From contig JAUZTB010000107.1 of the NCBI GenBank assembly GCA_034780895.1, positions 78,322,090 to 78,386,089 of the forward strand: 64,000 bases of DNA, given 5' to 3'. Positions 62,092-64,000 of this stretch are shown piece after piece (the stretch's first letter is position 1; each line of letters opens with the position of its first letter). Below the pieces are notes generated by a model, which saw only the letters and a list, made by a program, of their open reading frames with translations, was not told the origin of the DNA and did no database searches. The position numbers and the translations under genes were made by a program. Source of the DNA: Rhynchobatus australiae (taxonomy: Eukaryota).

Positions 62092-63469
62092 CAAAGCCTA
62101 TACAATGCACTCCATGAGCCCTGCTGTTTTACAATAATATTTTCCACTTAAGATGCTCCTGTACTGAAGTAAAACCACTATTAACCTGGAATCATGATAT
62201 ACATTATCTAATGAAGTACATTGTGAAGCCAGAATAAAAAACACTTAACAGTAGACCCAACTAATTTATTTGGTAAAACATCTAAGAGATACACTGAAAC
62301 TACTGAGACCCATTTGCACCTAGTTCTTCTGCCAATTAAAAACAGAGAATGTAACCTGTTGCAAAGTTGTAATATGTGGAAATTGAAATAAATGGCCTTT
62401 ATGGAAGGGAGCTTTTTTAGGGACAATCCACAGTGGTTGAGAAATCATGGTGTCTCTGCAATTGAATGTTTGCGATGTTTCCTGAATTTTTCTCAAGTCT
62501 TAGGAATATTCATGCCTTAGCAAGAATGGTTCTTCCATATCCCAATATTATATCCATACACACTTGTACACTTTTAGTAACTGCTGGTAGCTGTTTTTCT
62601 CCTTGGATTTGCATGAGTTTGAGAAGTTACAGATTTGGAAAATGAAGGCTGATCATTGACGCAGGCCTGTCTCTGCATCTGTCCGTCTGCCTCTCTCCAG
62701 AGAGAGAAAGATTCTTGTACTGTATGTTAACACAGCCCAAGAGCACTGGAGCATTTAAACAACTATAAAGGGAAGCAAACAAAAAAAAACATGAAAAGAA
62801 AGAAATCAGACCAAAGATCAAAGAGTACGCTGTAACTGCTACATTTTGCAAAGCATTTGAAGAATGTACTTTGAAGTAAATTTATTATAATTGTACAGTG
62901 AAAACTATAAATTAGGACATTTAAGGGAGATACATCACCAATACCTTATGCAATGTTCCTGCTGTTTTCACCCACCTTTCAGATTCTGCTTAATTTTTGG
63001 TGCCTGCCAACTTGATGCAATTTTAATTTTTTTGGTTCATTTAATTTTCTACTTCATTTCCAACCTGGGGCCCTCTCCCATCAAGGGATGGTATCCTAGT
63101 CTGCACAGAGCAAGGTGGCAGTAGCAGTACTGGATTGCATGGCAAATATCAGTCCAATTATTGAGGATGCTGAGGCTGGAGTGATTAATGTCCTATAGAT
63201 CACTGCAGCAGTTTCCTATTTCCTTCTATTCCACTGCTAATGCTTCAAATGCTTGAGTGTGCCTGGGGAGTTGTTACTAGTTCATAGGATCCTAACATAA
63301 AACCTTGTCAACTCTGAATAAAGATACTTATGAGATTTGTATAAATGTTGCAGGTTAGAAAAATTGCTAGAATCAGGAGGGCAACCAAGAGCATAGAAAA
63401 GGAACTGAAGGTAGAGAAAAAGGAAGGTAATTTCTTTCACCACGCACTCCTTCTCAAATTGAAGGATTA

Positions 63470-63526
63470 AGATTAAGATATCTTTATTAGTCACACGTAC
63501 ATTGAAACACACAGTGAAATGCATCT
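63470..63526 (-). mobile_element. SINE 3' tail, same family as 11449-11885, truncated by a gap
   Basis: TAAGATATCTTTATTAGTCACACGTACATTGAAACACACAGTGAAATGCATCT. Confidence 0.75.
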
Positions 63527-64000
63527 NNNNNNNNNNNNNNNNNNNNNNNNNNNNNNNNNNNNNNNNNNNNNNNNNNNNNNNNNNNNNNNNNNNNNNNNNN
63601 NNNNNNNNNNNNNNNNNNNNNNNNNNACATCCATATCCCTTCCTGCACAGAACACAAGAGAATGCTCCAGAGTCAAGAATGATTTATAGGGTATAAAAGA
63701 TAAAGGAAATATACTTCCATCGTCTTTCCTAGATCTGGAGATATGATTTGAAATACATCCAGAAACAAAATTGAATGAATTAATGAAAAAATGTTTTTCT
63801 CTTTCCAATTTTTTTCCTTTCATCCTTTGAAACTTATTTGATAAGTCATGGTTTCAAATATCAATGAAGATGTGACTATCAGCAAGCTACTTTCCTGCTT
63901 GTTGAGTGGGGTGGTGGGACTGGGGATTTCTATTCAAGGTCTTTATAAAGTAATCTCCAAAGTGAGTCTATGTTCCACAATAAAGCAATATTCTTTTGCA

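Noticed and set aside
62100-64000. Possible start of the expected neighbour PLCH1
   Set aside because: No CpG island or phospholipase C-like coding sequence is visible in this stretch

Overview
Eukaryotic, AT-rich, repeat-laden vertebrate genomic DNA with many N gaps. The repeat complement (CR1/HER1-like LINEs, HE1/V-SINE-like and Deu-SINE-like SINEs, Rex1/Babar, RTE, Penelope-derived fold-backs) suggests a cartilaginous fish, probably a ray or relative; this is inference. The window holds the conserved GMPS <- -> SLC33A1 -> C3orf33 block. GMPS is on the minus strand with coding exons 1-7 and continues off the left edge. SLC33A1 (ER acetyl-CoA transporter AT-1) is on the plus strand with six coding exons; the last loses homology and hits a stop just before an assembly gap. 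C3orf33 is on the plus strand with five coding exons and a complete 243-aa ORF. All exons were read by hand with GT-AG boundaries and consistent phases. Each gene has a CpG-rich promoter. I see no prokaryotic-type system, CRISPR array, rRNA or tRNA gene, and no strong evidence of a wholly new gene system. The signals most worth following up are: a family of small TSD-flanked Penelope-type fold-back elements with decayed minimal hammerhead ribozyme cores; two intronic hairpins (perfect 38 bp, and 21 bp); UPRE motifs in the SLC33A1 promoter; a duplicated ZNF143-like motif upstream of GMPS; and an orphan phase-0/0 exon-like segment between SLC33A1 and C3orf33. Transposon family names and boundaries are by-eye recognition and approximate.
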